This document shows positions 29,812-39,321 of a stretch of DNA of 64,000 nucleotides, in pieces; within the stretch, counting starts at the first letter, position 1; each line of letters begins with the position of its first letter. Source of the stretch: Devosia ginsengisoli (GTDB lineage: Bacteria > Pseudomonadota > Alphaproteobacteria > Rhizobiales > Devosiaceae); the NCBI RefSeq assembly GCF_024707105.1, contig NZ_JANQAJ010000011.1:195488-259487 (forward strand), given 5' to 3'. The notes below the pieces were generated by a model, which was not told the origin of the DNA, made no database searches, and was given only the letters and a program-made list of their open reading frames with translations. The position numbers and the translations under genes are program-made.

Positions 29812-30741
29812 TTACCTCGCCATATTGCCGCCGAGCCACTGCAGATTATCCACCAGTTCGCTGCAGCATTCGCGGATCAGGTCCATCATCTGGCGCAGGT
29901 CCTGGTCAATCTCCCGTTCCGCGGATACGGCGATGACGCGGGTGGAATGCAGGCCCTGAATGGGCACGGCTGCCAGTTCCTTACGCTGGAGCTCGGAACG
30001 CGCCATGGCGGCGACATGCACGGTGGGGCCGACGTTTTCCTTGACCAGCGCCTTGCAGGCGCCTGCCGTATTGGCCTCGGCCGCTACGACCAATGGAATA
30101 CCAGCGGCGGCAAAGGAATCTTCGATGGTGGAGCGGATGCCCGAGGATTGTGCGCCGCCAACCACCAGGGGGACGCCACGCAGGTCCTCGAGCCTGAGCG
30201 ACTCGATACCCGTGAACCGTTCGTCATCGGATCGGTGAATGAGGCAGAGCGGCTCGCGCATGAGCGGCAGAATCCGCAAACCCTGCAGCGAGCGGGGCAG
30301 ATTCATCACGGCCACGTCGACTTTGCCATCGCGCAACAGATCGGCCCTGGCGGGCATCAGCATGGATATGAATTCACAGCGAAGCTGAGGATAGCGGCGA
30401 GCAGCGAGCCGAGACAGCGGATAGGCCAGGATTTCGGCGGTTCCAGGCGAAACGCCGATCTTCATGCTGCCGGTCATCGGCTCGAGGCCGCCCGTAGCCA
30501 TGCGGGTCACGGCGATGACCTCGTCCAGAATGTGCTCGGCTTTTGCCTGCAGCGTATACGCCACGGGCGTCAGCGACACGCCATGTGCATGGCGCACGAA
30601 CAGGTCGACGCCGAGTTCTTCCTCGAGCTTCTTGATCTGCCGGCTCAGAGCCGGTTGGGCAACATGCAGAACATTTGCCGCGCGGCCATAGGTGCCTTCG
30701 CGAGCCACGGTGAGGAAGTAGCGAAGCTGCCTGAGTTCCAA
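29812..30741 (-). CDS. LysR-family transcriptional regulator
   Basis: 309 aa. N-terminal HTH MELRQLRYFLTVAREGTYGRAANVLHVAQPALSRQIKKLEEELGVDLFVR. Divergent from the PrpD-HMGL operon. Confidence 0.93.
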   Translation of the reverse strand: MELRQLRYFLTVAREGTYGRAANVLHVAQPALSRQIKKLEEELGVDLFVRHAHGVSLTPVAYTLQAKAEHILDEVIAVTRMATGGLEPMTGSMKIGVSPGTAEILAYPLSRLAARRYPQLRCEFISMLMPARADLLRDGKVDVAVMNLPRSLQGLRILPLMREPLCLIHRSDDERFTGIESLRLEDLRGVPLVVGGAQSSGIRSTIEDSFAAAGIPLVVAAEANTAGACKALVKENVGPTVHVAAMARSELQRKELAAVPIQGLHSTRVIAVSAEREIDQDLRQMMDLIRECCSELVDNLQWLGGNMAR

Positions 30742-30832
30742 AACATTCTCCTCCTGCAGGCCGGTCGGGAGGGCCGGCCATCGACAATTTTTGATCCGGT
30801 CTTGCCGCCGGATTGGTTCTCTCGCTCAAATA

Positions 30833-30850
30833 GAGTGCAATAGTATACCA
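30833..30850. promoter_or_regulatory. candidate operator GAGTGC-aata-GTATAC-CA in the lysR / prpD-4 divergent region
   Basis: Read directly. Followed by the near-palindrome ATGCATTGCAT (30850..30860), which could be a LysR-type site. Confidence 0.55.
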
Positions 30851-30911
30851 TGCATTGCATTTCGAGGTAGCTGCATTTATAGCATCTGAAACTGAGGTAG
30901 AGGATGACGCC

Positions 30912-32276
30912 ATGCAGACGGTGGATTTAGCCAGGTTCGTGGTCGAGACACCCGATGATGCCGTTCCGCTGGAGGCGTTGCAACGGGCCCGCGACGCCGT
31001 GATCGATACAATCGGCTGCGCCATTGCCGGCACGGTCGAGCAACCCGCACGGATTGCCCGGCGCTATGTTCAGTCGATCAAGGCTGCACCCGATACAGTG
31101 GTATGGGGAAGCGTGCTACGCACGGCCCCTGCCGATGCGGCATTCGTCAACGCAATCAGCGGCCATGCCCTCGATTTCGACGACAGCTTACCCAGCCTGC
31201 GCGGCCATCCCAGCGTACCCTTGTGTGCTGCTGGCCTCGCTGCCGCCCCGCAGGAGATGTCGGGCAGGGCGTTTCTCGCGGCCTTCGTGCTGGGGCTGGA
31301 AGTGGCGGGCAAGCTGGGTCGAGCACTCGGACATGGTCACTACATGCGCGGCTGGCATATAACCGCCACGGTCGGCACATTCTCTGCGGCCTGCATGACC
31401 GGTCGCCTGATGTCGCTGGGCGAAGGACAGTTGCGCAATGCTCTGGGGGTAGCGGCGGCAGAGACGGCGGGCCTTGTCCGCAATTTCGGCACCATGGCCA
31501 AGTCTTTCCAGGCAGGGCATGCAGCCCGATCCGGCTATATGGCGTCCTGGCTGGCGCGGGAGGGCTTTACCGGTGACGATGACATACTCGATCGCCCCGG
31601 CGGTCTCATCGCGGCCTATGGGGATGAGCACTCGACGCTGGATGTCCCGCCATTCGCAAACCCCTGGGAAATCTTCGAGCCTGGCATCTATGTCAAGCGC
31701 TGGCCCTGCTGCTACGGCAACCACCGTGGCTTGGCTGGTGTGTTCGAACTGGTCGGCAAGCATGGCATCGAGGCCGCCGACATCACCGAGATCAATGTTG
31801 GCTTCTTGCCTGACGCGGACAAGGCGCTGATCCATCGGAATCCGCAAACCGGACTGGAAGCCAAGTTCAGCATCGAATATTGCGCCGCCGCCGCGGTGAT
31901 TGACGGGCGGGTGACGCTCGACTCCTTCGCGGAGCAAGCGGTGCATCGTCCGCAGATTCGCGCGCTGATGGAAAAGGTCAGTCGCGTGCCGATGCCGGGG
32001 CAGGGGTCTTTCTCGGGGGTGGTGGGGTATACCGACGTCGAAATTGTTACCCGTAGTGGGCGCTTCTCCACGCGCATCGACCATACGCCCGGCTCGCCGG
32101 AGGCACCGATGACGGCGAGCGACCGGCGCGACAAGTTTCTCGGCTGCACGCAGGGTATTCTTGGCACGGATCGTGCCGAGCGCCTGCTCTCCGCGCTGGA
32201 AGGCCTGATCGAGGCGCCTGATCTTCGGCAGATCGTTGAACTCACCATGCCCGCCCAGGAAGGCGGTGCGGCATGA
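30912..32276 (+). CDS. MmgE/PrpD-family protein, paralogue 4
   Basis: ORF 30855..32276; probable start MQTVDLARFV (ATG 30912). VIDTIGCAIAG, HALDFDD, GWHITATVG, AKSFQAGHAARSG. Confidence 0.85.
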   Translation: MQTVDLARFVVETPDDAVPLEALQRARDAVIDTIGCAIAGTVEQPARIARRYVQSIKAAPDTVVWGSVLRTAPADAAFVNAISGHALDFDDSLPSLRGHPSVPLCAAGLAAAPQEMSGRAFLAAFVLGLEVAGKLGRALGHGHYMRGWHITATVGTFSAACMTGRLMSLGEGQLRNALGVAAAETAGLVRNFGTMAKSFQAGHAARSGYMASWLAREGFTGDDDILDRPGGLIAAYGDEHSTLDVPPFANPWEIFEPGIYVKRWPCCYGNHRGLAGVFELVGKHGIEAADITEINVGFLPDADKALIHRNPQTGLEAKFSIEYCAAAAVIDGRVTLDSFAEQAVHRPQIRALMEKVSRVPMPGQGSFSGVVGYTDVEIVTRSGRFSTRIDHTPGSPEAPMTASDRRDKFLGCTQGILGTDRAERLLSALEGLIEAPDLRQIVELTMPAQEGGAA

Positions 32277-33217
32277 ATGAGCCCGATGTTGTGTTGTGCG
32301 AGTGCTTCGCGCGCGACGGGCTGCAGCACGAGGCCGAGTTCGTCGCCACGCCGGACAAGATTGCGCTGATCGACGCCTTTACCGGCACCGGCTTCAAGCG
32401 CATCGAGGCGACCAGCTATAGCCACCCTGAGCGCGTTCCGGCCTTTCGCGATGCTTCCGACGTTCTTGCCGGCATCACCCACGGTGAAGGCGTCTACTAC
32501 AAGGCCACATGCCCCAATCTGCGGGCTGTGCAGCGGGCGCTCGGCGATCTTGATGCGGGCAGGGGCGCCAATGAGTTGAGCCTGCTGGTATCGGCCACGG
32601 AAGGACATACCCAGCGCAATCTGCGGACCGATCGGGAAACACAGTGGCGGAATGTCTCGGAGATGGCGGCAGCCGCGCGCGGCCATGTGCGGCTCGTGGG
32701 TGTCGTCTCGGTTGCCTTCGGTTGCCCCTTTGACGGCTATGTCGACCCAGGCCGGGTTGTAGAGAATGTCGCGCGTTTTGCCGATCTTGGCGCCGACCTG
32801 GTGACGATCGGCGATACGATCGGCACGGCGACCCCCGCCAGCGTCAGGCAGGTGTTCAAGCGGCTGCTTGCCGAGGTCCCGCAAACCATCCCAGTAGCCC
32901 ATTTCCACGATACGCGTGGCACGGGAATCGCCAACTGCATTGCTGCGCTGGACGCGGGCTGTACGCATTTCGACAGCGCCTTCGGCGGCGTTGGAGGGCA
33001 TCCGGCGCAGATCGAATATGGCGGCGGCTATACCGGAAACGTGGCCACCGAAGATCTGGTCAACCTCCTCGAGGAACTGGGTGTGTCCACCGGGCTTGAT
33101 CTGGATGGGGTGGAGGCCGCCTCGCGGCTCTGCGAGCAAATCCTGGGCCGACAGCTCAACAGCATGGTCGCCAGAGCGGGATTTGGCCTCAAGACGAGGG
33201 AGCGCATGCATGCCTGA
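32273..33217 (+). CDS. hydroxymethylglutaryl-CoA lyase-family (DRE-TIM) acyl-CoA C-C lyase
   Basis: 314 aa. ECFARDGLQHE, IGDTIGTATP, HFHDTRGTGIAN. ATGA overlap with the upstream gene. Confidence 0.88.
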   Translation: MNEPDVVLCECFARDGLQHEAEFVATPDKIALIDAFTGTGFKRIEATSYSHPERVPAFRDASDVLAGITHGEGVYYKATCPNLRAVQRALGDLDAGRGANELSLLVSATEGHTQRNLRTDRETQWRNVSEMAAAARGHVRLVGVVSVAFGCPFDGYVDPGRVVENVARFADLGADLVTIGDTIGTATPASVRQVFKRLLAEVPQTIPVAHFHDTRGTGIANCIAALDAGCTHFDSAFGGVGGHPAQIEYGGGYTGNVATEDLVNLLEELGVSTGLDLDGVEAASRLCEQILGRQLNSMVARAGFGLKTRERMHA

Positions 33218-33965
33218 TCGGACAACCGATGTGCTGATAATCGAGGATCACGGTCCGGTACGCGTCTTGCGCATGAACCGGCCGGACAAGCTCAACGCAC
33301 TGGATACCGCGCTGACCGTCGCGCTTCGCGACGCCATGCTGGAGGCGGGTGAAGACGATGGTGTCAGGGCCCTGGTGCTCACCGGGAACGGCCGTGCCTT
33401 CTGTGCGGGGGCCGATACCGGCGAGTTCAAGGATCTGCGGCCGGAAAACCAGGACCTCATTCACAAGCGCGCCGACCTGACTTGCGCCGTTCACACCCTG
33501 CTGCGCTCCATTTCGAAACCGATCATTTCGGCAGTTCGTGGGGCTGCGGTTGGCGGCGGGGCAGGGCTGGCGATCGGCTGTGACATGATGGTCGCCGGCG
33601 AAGACATTAAGTTTGGATATCCCGAACTCAAGCACGATCTCGTGCCGGCATTGGTGATGACCAATATGGTCCGCCATATCGGGCTCAAGCTGGCATTCGA
33701 GATGGTCGCTACCGGGCGGCTGCTCAGTGCGGAAGAGTTGTCGCGCGAGGGACTCGTGAACCGCGTGGTGGCGCCCGAAGCAGTCGTCGACACCGCCATG
33801 GAACTGGCCGAGGCATGCGCCCGGCCCGGTCGCATGGCGATGGCCGCGGCCAAGACCCTGTTCCATCGCGTGGGCGAACTGCCCTTCGAGGCGGGAATGG
33901 CCGCCGGTCGTGACATCAATGCGCTCATGCGCGGCTTTCCCAAACAGGCGGGAGAGGGAAAATGA
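33210..33965 (+). CDS. enoyl-CoA hydratase/isomerase (crotonase) family protein 1
   Basis: ORF 32916..33965; start moved to MPDRTTDVLIIEDHGPVRVLRMNRPDKLNALD (ATG 33210, overlaps the HMGL stop). FCAGADTGEF, GGGAGLAIGCD. Confidence 0.88.
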   Translation: MPDRTTDVLIIEDHGPVRVLRMNRPDKLNALDTALTVALRDAMLEAGEDDGVRALVLTGNGRAFCAGADTGEFKDLRPENQDLIHKRADLTCAVHTLLRSISKPIISAVRGAAVGGGAGLAIGCDMMVAGEDIKFGYPELKHDLVPALVMTNMVRHIGLKLAFEMVATGRLLSAEELSREGLVNRVVAPEAVVDTAMELAEACARPGRMAMAAAKTLFHRVGELPFEAGMAAGRDINALMRGFPKQAGEGK

Positions 33966-34726
33966 CCGACGAAGCCGTGCTTGTTCTTGAGCGAGAAGGC
34001 CCAATCGCGTGGGTGCGGCTCAATCGGCCGCGGCAGCGTAACGCGGTCAATCTCCAGCTTTGTCTCGACTTGCGGGCCGCCTTCGCGGAACTGGACGGCG
34101 ACGATGACATTCGTGTTGTCCTGGTGGAAGGCGCTGGCCCGGTCTTTTGCTCCGGAGCCGACCTCAAGGAGCGCCAGGGCAAGGACGCCGAATGGGTGCG
34201 GCAGAGGCGGCTTGCGAGCTTTGCTGCCTATGACGCCATCGAACGCTGCTCCAAGCCGGTGGTCGCGCTCGTGCATAATGGGGTCATCGGTTCGGGTGGC
34301 GAGATCGCCATGGCATGCGACTTCATCATCGCCACCTCGGACACGTTCTTCAACTTTCCCGAGACCAAGTGGGGGACTGTGGGCGCGACCCAGCGCCTGC
34401 AGCGCGCGATCGGCAAGCGAACGGCCAAGGAATTGCTCTTCACGGGCCGATCCATGCCGGCCGACGAAGCCCGTCTGCTGGGTCTGGTGTCTCGAATCGT
34501 AGAGCCATCTGCGCTTCGGGAGGCCGGTGAGCAGACGGCGCGTCAGATCGCCGAAGCGCCCATGCTGGCAGTCCGTCTGACCAAGCAGTCAATTGACCTG
34601 GGCGGACGTACCGATCAAGACAGTGGTATACGAATTGAGCTGGCTGCGATCGAGCATAACCTGGCTGTGGGGGATTGGCAGGCCGGTATCGACAAATTTG
34701 CCGAACGCTCTCCAAAAAAACCATAG
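33962..34726 (+). CDS. enoyl-CoA hydratase/isomerase (crotonase) family protein 2
   Basis: 254 aa. VRLNRPRQRNAVN, FCSGADLKE, GSGGEIAMACD. ATGA overlap. Confidence 0.88.
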   Translation: MTDEAVLVLEREGPIAWVRLNRPRQRNAVNLQLCLDLRAAFAELDGDDDIRVVLVEGAGPVFCSGADLKERQGKDAEWVRQRRLASFAAYDAIERCSKPVVALVHNGVIGSGGEIAMACDFIIATSDTFFNFPETKWGTVGATQRLQRAIGKRTAKELLFTGRSMPADEARLLGLVSRIVEPSALREAGEQTARQIAEAPMLAVRLTKQSIDLGGRTDQDSGIRIELAAIEHNLAVGDWQAGIDKFAERSPKKP

Positions 34727-34848
34727 ATTCCTTGTGTTTTGACGTCATATCAATTCGGTATGACCGCCATAGCACTTCGGTGTTGGACGGTGTTTAATCC
34801 TCCTACTATCGTCTTCAAAAGATAGAACTGAGCAAGACAGCGGTCGTC

Positions 34849-34859
34849 TGGTACACCAT
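34849..34859. promoter_or_regulatory. degenerate operator-like site TGGTACACCAT upstream of the ACAD gene
   Basis: One mismatch in the GTATAC core and no flanking GAATTC. 36 bp upstream of ATG 34895. A full GTATAC (34626..34631, TGGTATACGAATTG) lies inside the end of the upstream gene. Confidence 0.3.
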
Positions 34860-34894
34860 AGTTCGGGCCGCCCAGCAGGAGGATAGACGTAGTT

Positions 34895-36073
34895 ATGAGC
34901 GACTGGCCACTTTCGGACGAACTGGTGATGATCCGCGACACGGCGCGCCGTTTTATGCGCAACGACGTGAAGCCGGCCGAAGACACAGTCGAACATGACG
35001 CTATCCATCTGCCGCATGATCTGCTGGAGCCGCTGCAGAAGAAGGCCAAGGATCTCGGTATCTGGTGCATTCGCTCGCCAGCCGAATATGGCGGCGCCGG
35101 GCTGAGCCTGTTGGGTCAGGCCGTGGTTGCCGAGGAGACTGCACGCTGCCGCATGGGCGCCTATATCCCGGCTTGTGGCGCGATCGGCTTTGATCCTCCG
35201 AACACCGTTTTTTCCCACGGCACGCCCGACCAGATAAAGCGGTTCGCCATTCCCGGCGTCGAATCTGGCCAGAAGGTGTTCACCGCCATCACCGAACCGT
35301 CAGGTGGCTCGGACCCGGCGCGCGCCATCCGCACCCGGGCGGTCAAGAAGGGCGATCGCTACATTCTCAACGGCACCAAGATGTGGATTTCCGGCGTGCA
35401 GCATGCGAGCTGGGGTATGGTGTTTGCCCGGACTGGGGAGCAGGGCGACCGGGGCGGCATTTCCTCCTTCATCGTGGAGCTTGGCACCAAGGGCCTGTCG
35501 ACCCGTGAAATCCCGGTGATCCGCGCCTATTCCCCCTTCGAGCTGACCTTCGAGGATTGCGAAATCCCCGAGGAGAACCTGCTTGGCGAAGAGGGCAAGG
35601 GCTTCCAGATCTTCTCGAAATGGACCACCGAGGGCCGCATTCCCTATGCCGCCGGCACGATTGGCGTGGCGCAGGAAGCGCTGGAACTGGCCATTGAATG
35701 GGTCAAGCAGCGCGAGACGTTCAAGACTAAGCTTGCCGACAAGCAGGCCATCCAGTGGATGGTCGCCGACAGCGAGATGGAGCTGCAGGCCGCGCGCATG
35801 CTGATCTACAAGGCTGCCATGGTGCATGAGACCGGCGGCGACCTCCGCTACTTCTCGTCCATGGCCAAGGTGACGGCTACCGAAACGGCCCACCGCGTGG
35901 TGGATCGGTGCGTGCAGATGTTCGGCGCGCTCGGTGTTGCCGAGGAAATGCCGATCGAACGCTGGTTCCGCGAATTGCGCGTGAAGCGCGTCGGCGAAGG
36001 TCCGTCCGAAGTGCAGCGCATGGTCATTGCCCGCGATTTGCTGAAGCTGAAAGGCTCGGCCAATGCCAATTGA
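34895..36073 (+). CDS. acyl-CoA dehydrogenase (canonical single-domain-set ACAD)
   Basis: 392 aa. AITEPSGGSDPA, GTKMWISG. C-terminal catalytic region VGEGPSEVQRMVIARDLL. RBS AGGAGGA. Confidence 0.92.
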   Translation: MSDWPLSDELVMIRDTARRFMRNDVKPAEDTVEHDAIHLPHDLLEPLQKKAKDLGIWCIRSPAEYGGAGLSLLGQAVVAEETARCRMGAYIPACGAIGFDPPNTVFSHGTPDQIKRFAIPGVESGQKVFTAITEPSGGSDPARAIRTRAVKKGDRYILNGTKMWISGVQHASWGMVFARTGEQGDRGGISSFIVELGTKGLSTREIPVIRAYSPFELTFEDCEIPEENLLGEEGKGFQIFSKWTTEGRIPYAAGTIGVAQEALELAIEWVKQRETFKTKLADKQAIQWMVADSEMELQAARMLIYKAAMVHETGGDLRYFSSMAKVTATETAHRVVDRCVQMFGALGVAEEMPIERWFRELRVKRVGEGPSEVQRMVIARDLLKLKGSANAN

Positions 36074-36836
36074 CGTCGATGTCGACGCCGCGGGTGTAGC
36101 GACGATCACGATCAACCGTCCCGAGCGCTGCAATGCGCTCGATGCCGAGCACTATCATGATCTCGGCCAGGCATTCTGCCGCGTGCGTGACGAGGCCGCG
36201 ATCCGCTGCGCCATCGTCACGGGGGCGGGGGATGTGTTCTGCGCTGGTGCTGATCTCAAGACCTGGATCGGGCGTGAGCCATCCCTTGCCGAGCTATGGG
36301 CGACGCAAGCCGGACAGTTGCTCAACCGTGGGCTTGAAGTTTGGAAGCCGGTGATTGCTGCCGTCAATGGAGCCTGTATCGGGGGTGGCATGACGCTGCT
36401 GTTCGCCACCGATATCCGGGTCGCTGCACGAGATGCCTTTTTCTCGCTGCCGGAAGGGCAGCGGGGCATCATTCCCGCCAATGGTGGTACCCAGCGCGCC
36501 TTGCATCAGTTGCCGCATGCCGTGGCGATGAAGCTGCTGCTGACCGGCGAGCGCATGTCGGCCGAAGAAGCCGGGCGCTGGGGCCTCGTCAATGATGTGG
36601 TCGACGCTGGCGACGTCATGGCGACCGCGCGCCGTTATGCGGCAGCTATCGCGGCCAGTGCGCCGCTCTCCATCCAGGCGACCAAGGAGCTGGCGCTGCG
36701 CTCGCGTGACGTTCCGCTTGCGGAAGGGTTGCGCATGGAGCAGTTGACCCAGCGCATATTGCTGGCCAGCAGGGACGCCGCCGAGGGGCGGCAGGCCTTT
36801 GCCGAGCGCCGGTCACCACGGTTCGAGGGGCACTGA
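36063..36836 (+). CDS. enoyl-CoA hydratase/isomerase (crotonase) family protein 3
   Basis: 257 aa. ITINRPERCNALD, FCAGADLK, GGGMTLLFATD. Confidence 0.88.
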   Translation: MPIDVDVDAAGVATITINRPERCNALDAEHYHDLGQAFCRVRDEAAIRCAIVTGAGDVFCAGADLKTWIGREPSLAELWATQAGQLLNRGLEVWKPVIAAVNGACIGGGMTLLFATDIRVAARDAFFSLPEGQRGIIPANGGTQRALHQLPHAVAMKLLLTGERMSAEEAGRWGLVNDVVDAGDVMATARRYAAAIAASAPLSIQATKELALRSRDVPLAEGLRMEQLTQRILLASRDAAEGRQAFAERRSPRFEGH

Positions 36837-36837
36837 C

Positions 36838-38004
36838 ATGCAGGGGCCTCTTACCGGCATCAAGGTCGTCGACCTCACACAGATCTACAACGGTCCATAT
36901 GCCACGTTTCTCATGGCGATGGCCGGTGCCGAAGTCATCAAGATCGAGCCGCCCGGCGGGGAACATACGCGACGCCGGCAGCGCGATGGCGGCGGCGCGC
37001 ATATCCCTCACGCCATGCTCAATTCGGGCAAGCACTTTGTGGTACTCGACCTCAAACAGGAGGAGGGCAAGGCGGCGCTGACCCGGCTCATCGAGCAGAG
37101 CGACGTGCTGGTCGAAAACTTCCGCCCCGGAGTGATGGCGCGGCTCGGCTTCTCCCGCGAGCATGTCAAGACGCTCAATCCGCGGCTCATCTATGCCAGC
37201 AGTTCGGGGTTCGGCACGACCGGCCCGTATCGTGACTATCCGGCCATGGACCTTGCCGTGCAGGCGATGAGCGGCGTGCTCAGCGTAACCGGCTATCCGG
37301 ACAATCCGCCGGTGAAAGCAGGCCCCGCCATTGCCGACTTCAATGCCGGCGTGCACCTCTATGGTGCCATTGCCACGGCCCTGCTTGACCGCGAGCGGAC
37401 GGGCACCGTGCGTGCCGTGGAAGTCGCCATGTTCGAGGCGATCTACCCGGCGCTGGCCTCCAATCTGGGTTTGATGGGCGGCATCAACAAGGACCGGTCT
37501 CCCCGGACGGGAAACCGGCATGGCGGCCTGTCGATCAGTCCCTACAACGTCTACGAGTGCAAGGACGGCCATTGCGCCATCCTGGCCAATAACGAGCATC
37601 AATGGCATGCGCTGGCGCGCTATTTCGACCAGGAATGGGCCATCACCGATCCGCGCTATGCGACCATGTATGAGCGGGTCAAGCGCATCGAGGAGGTCGA
37701 TGAACTGGTTGGGGGCTGGGCGCGCGCACAGACCAAGGATCAGCTTTTTGCCGGCCTCATCGCTGTAGGCGTGCCGTGTTCGCCGGTTCGCGAACTGAGC
37801 GAGGTCATGCAGGACGAACACCTTCATGCCCGCAAAGCGCTCGTCGAGATCGACCACCCGATCTATGGCGCCATGACCATACCGACCAGCCCGCTGGTAT
37901 TCGAGGGCGTGCCCCGAGACATACGCTGGCCGAGCCGCAAGCTGGGCGAGGACCAGGCCCTGATCGAACAACCCGAACTTGTGCTGGGGGGCTCCGAGCC
38001 ATGA
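36838..38004 (+). CDS. family III (CaiB/BaiF) CoA-transferase, paralogue 2
   Basis: ORF 36799..38004; start moved to MQGPLTGIKVVDLTQIYNGPYATFLMAMAGAEVIKIEPPGG (ATG 36838). ENFRPGVMARLG. Confidence 0.88.
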   Translation: MQGPLTGIKVVDLTQIYNGPYATFLMAMAGAEVIKIEPPGGEHTRRRQRDGGGAHIPHAMLNSGKHFVVLDLKQEEGKAALTRLIEQSDVLVENFRPGVMARLGFSREHVKTLNPRLIYASSSGFGTTGPYRDYPAMDLAVQAMSGVLSVTGYPDNPPVKAGPAIADFNAGVHLYGAIATALLDRERTGTVRAVEVAMFEAIYPALASNLGLMGGINKDRSPRTGNRHGGLSISPYNVYECKDGHCAILANNEHQWHALARYFDQEWAITDPRYATMYERVKRIEEVDELVGGWARAQTKDQLFAGLIAVGVPCSPVRELSEVMQDEHLHARKALVEIDHPIYGAMTIPTSPLVFEGVPRDIRWPSRKLGEDQALIEQPELVLGGSEP

Positions 38005-39217
38005 CCATGCAATTCAATCACAATGCCGAAATTGCCCTGAGCGGCGAAGCTGACATCCCGGCCGCGACACGCGTCATATATGGACCGGACAAGGCGCTGA
38101 GCGGCGTGCTCGAGGAGCTTGCCGCGGCCGGTGCGAGCCGGGCTTTCATCATCACCGGCAAGAGCATGGGGGCAAGCCATCTGGTTGCCCGGCTCAAGGA
38201 AGGCCTGGGCGCCAATTGCTGCGGACATTTTGCGGCGATGGGAGAACATTCTCCCCGCTCGACGGTGCTGGAGGCGGCGCGTCAGGCCCGTTCCGCCGGC
38301 GCCGACCTGCTGGTAGGCATCGGTGGCGGCAGCACGATCATCGGCACCAAGGGTGTCGCGCTCGTGCTCGGGGAGGGGAAGACCTCGACGCCTTGCGGGC
38401 GCATTACGACTACCAGACCCGCAAGATCACCGCGCCCAAGCTGACCCGGGCCAAGCCGCCGGTCATCGCTATTCCGACAACCCTGTCGGCGGGCGAGTTC
38501 AGTTCCGCCATGGGCATTACCGATGACGCCACGGGCGCCAAGGATATCTTCATCGATCCCAAGGTGGTGCCGCGGGCGGTGATCTTGGATCCGGTGATGA
38601 CCACGGCGACCCCGGCACGGCTGTGGTCGTCCACCGGCATCAAGGCGCTGCATAATGCCGTCGAACGCTATTACGCGCTCAATGCCAATCCCTTTATCCA
38701 GGGTCTGTGCCTTGAGGCGACGCGCAACGTTTTCCGCTACCTCAAGCGCTCGGTTGATGACTCGAATGACCTGGATGCGCGCGGTCGCTTGCAGTTCCTG
38801 AACTGGATGACGGCATTCGGCGCCGGCAAGGGGGGTATCGGCCTCGGGCACGGCATCTGTCATCAGTTGGGTGGGGTCTGCGACGTACCTCATGGGATCA
38901 GCGGCTGCATCGTGCTGCCGTTCATGATGGAGTTCAACCGCCCGGCCACGCTCGAAAAGCAGCGGCAGATCGCCATGGCCATGGGGTTCGAGGATACGGC
39001 CGCCAGCGACGAGGAGGCCGCAATCTGGGCCGAACAGCAAGTTCGTGGCCTGATCGCATCGCTGGGTTTGCCGGCTCGGTTGCAGGAAGTTGGCGTGAAG
39101 CGCGAGGACCTGCCCAAGGTGGCGGAAATGACCTTGCGTGACCGTACCCTGTCGCCAACGCCGCGCCCGCCGCGCGATGCGGACGAGATATTCACGCTAC
39201 TGGAAAGGATGTTCTAG
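38001..39217 (+). pseudogene. iron-containing alcohol dehydrogenase / maleylacetate reductase-like, frameshifted (or sequencing error)
   Basis: The N-part comes from ATG 38001 in ORF 37776..38444 (MTMQFNHNAEI...GIGGGSTIIGTKGVALVLGEG). The C-part is in ORF 38216..39217 (EDLDALRAHYDYQ...AIPTTLSAGEFS...GHGICHQLGG). The frames join by adding one G to the G4 run 38375..38378. Confidence 0.8.
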
Positions 39218-39321
39218 CGGACGGCACAGCCGGCCCGCTACCACGTTCCAGCACAACAATAAGTCAAAGAGGCCGCAAAAGGCCCAAATGCAACATCAAC
39301 GATGTTTCACGGAGGAGACCA

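Noticed and set aside
30554-30559. GTATAC inside the lysR coding region (also 32027..32032 inside prpD-4 and 34626..34631 inside a crotonase gene)
   Set aside because: There are no flanking TGG/CCA or GAATTC-at-4-bp features at the first two, and they are within coding sequence. About this many chance occurrences are expected from base composition. The 34626 copy is kept only as a remark under the degenerate site.
34740-34747. TGACGTCA 8-bp palindrome and a CTATC-N10-GATAG hairpin in the 168-bp gap before the ACAD gene
   Set aside because: Palindromes of this length are expected by chance, and no second copy or known regulator link was found.
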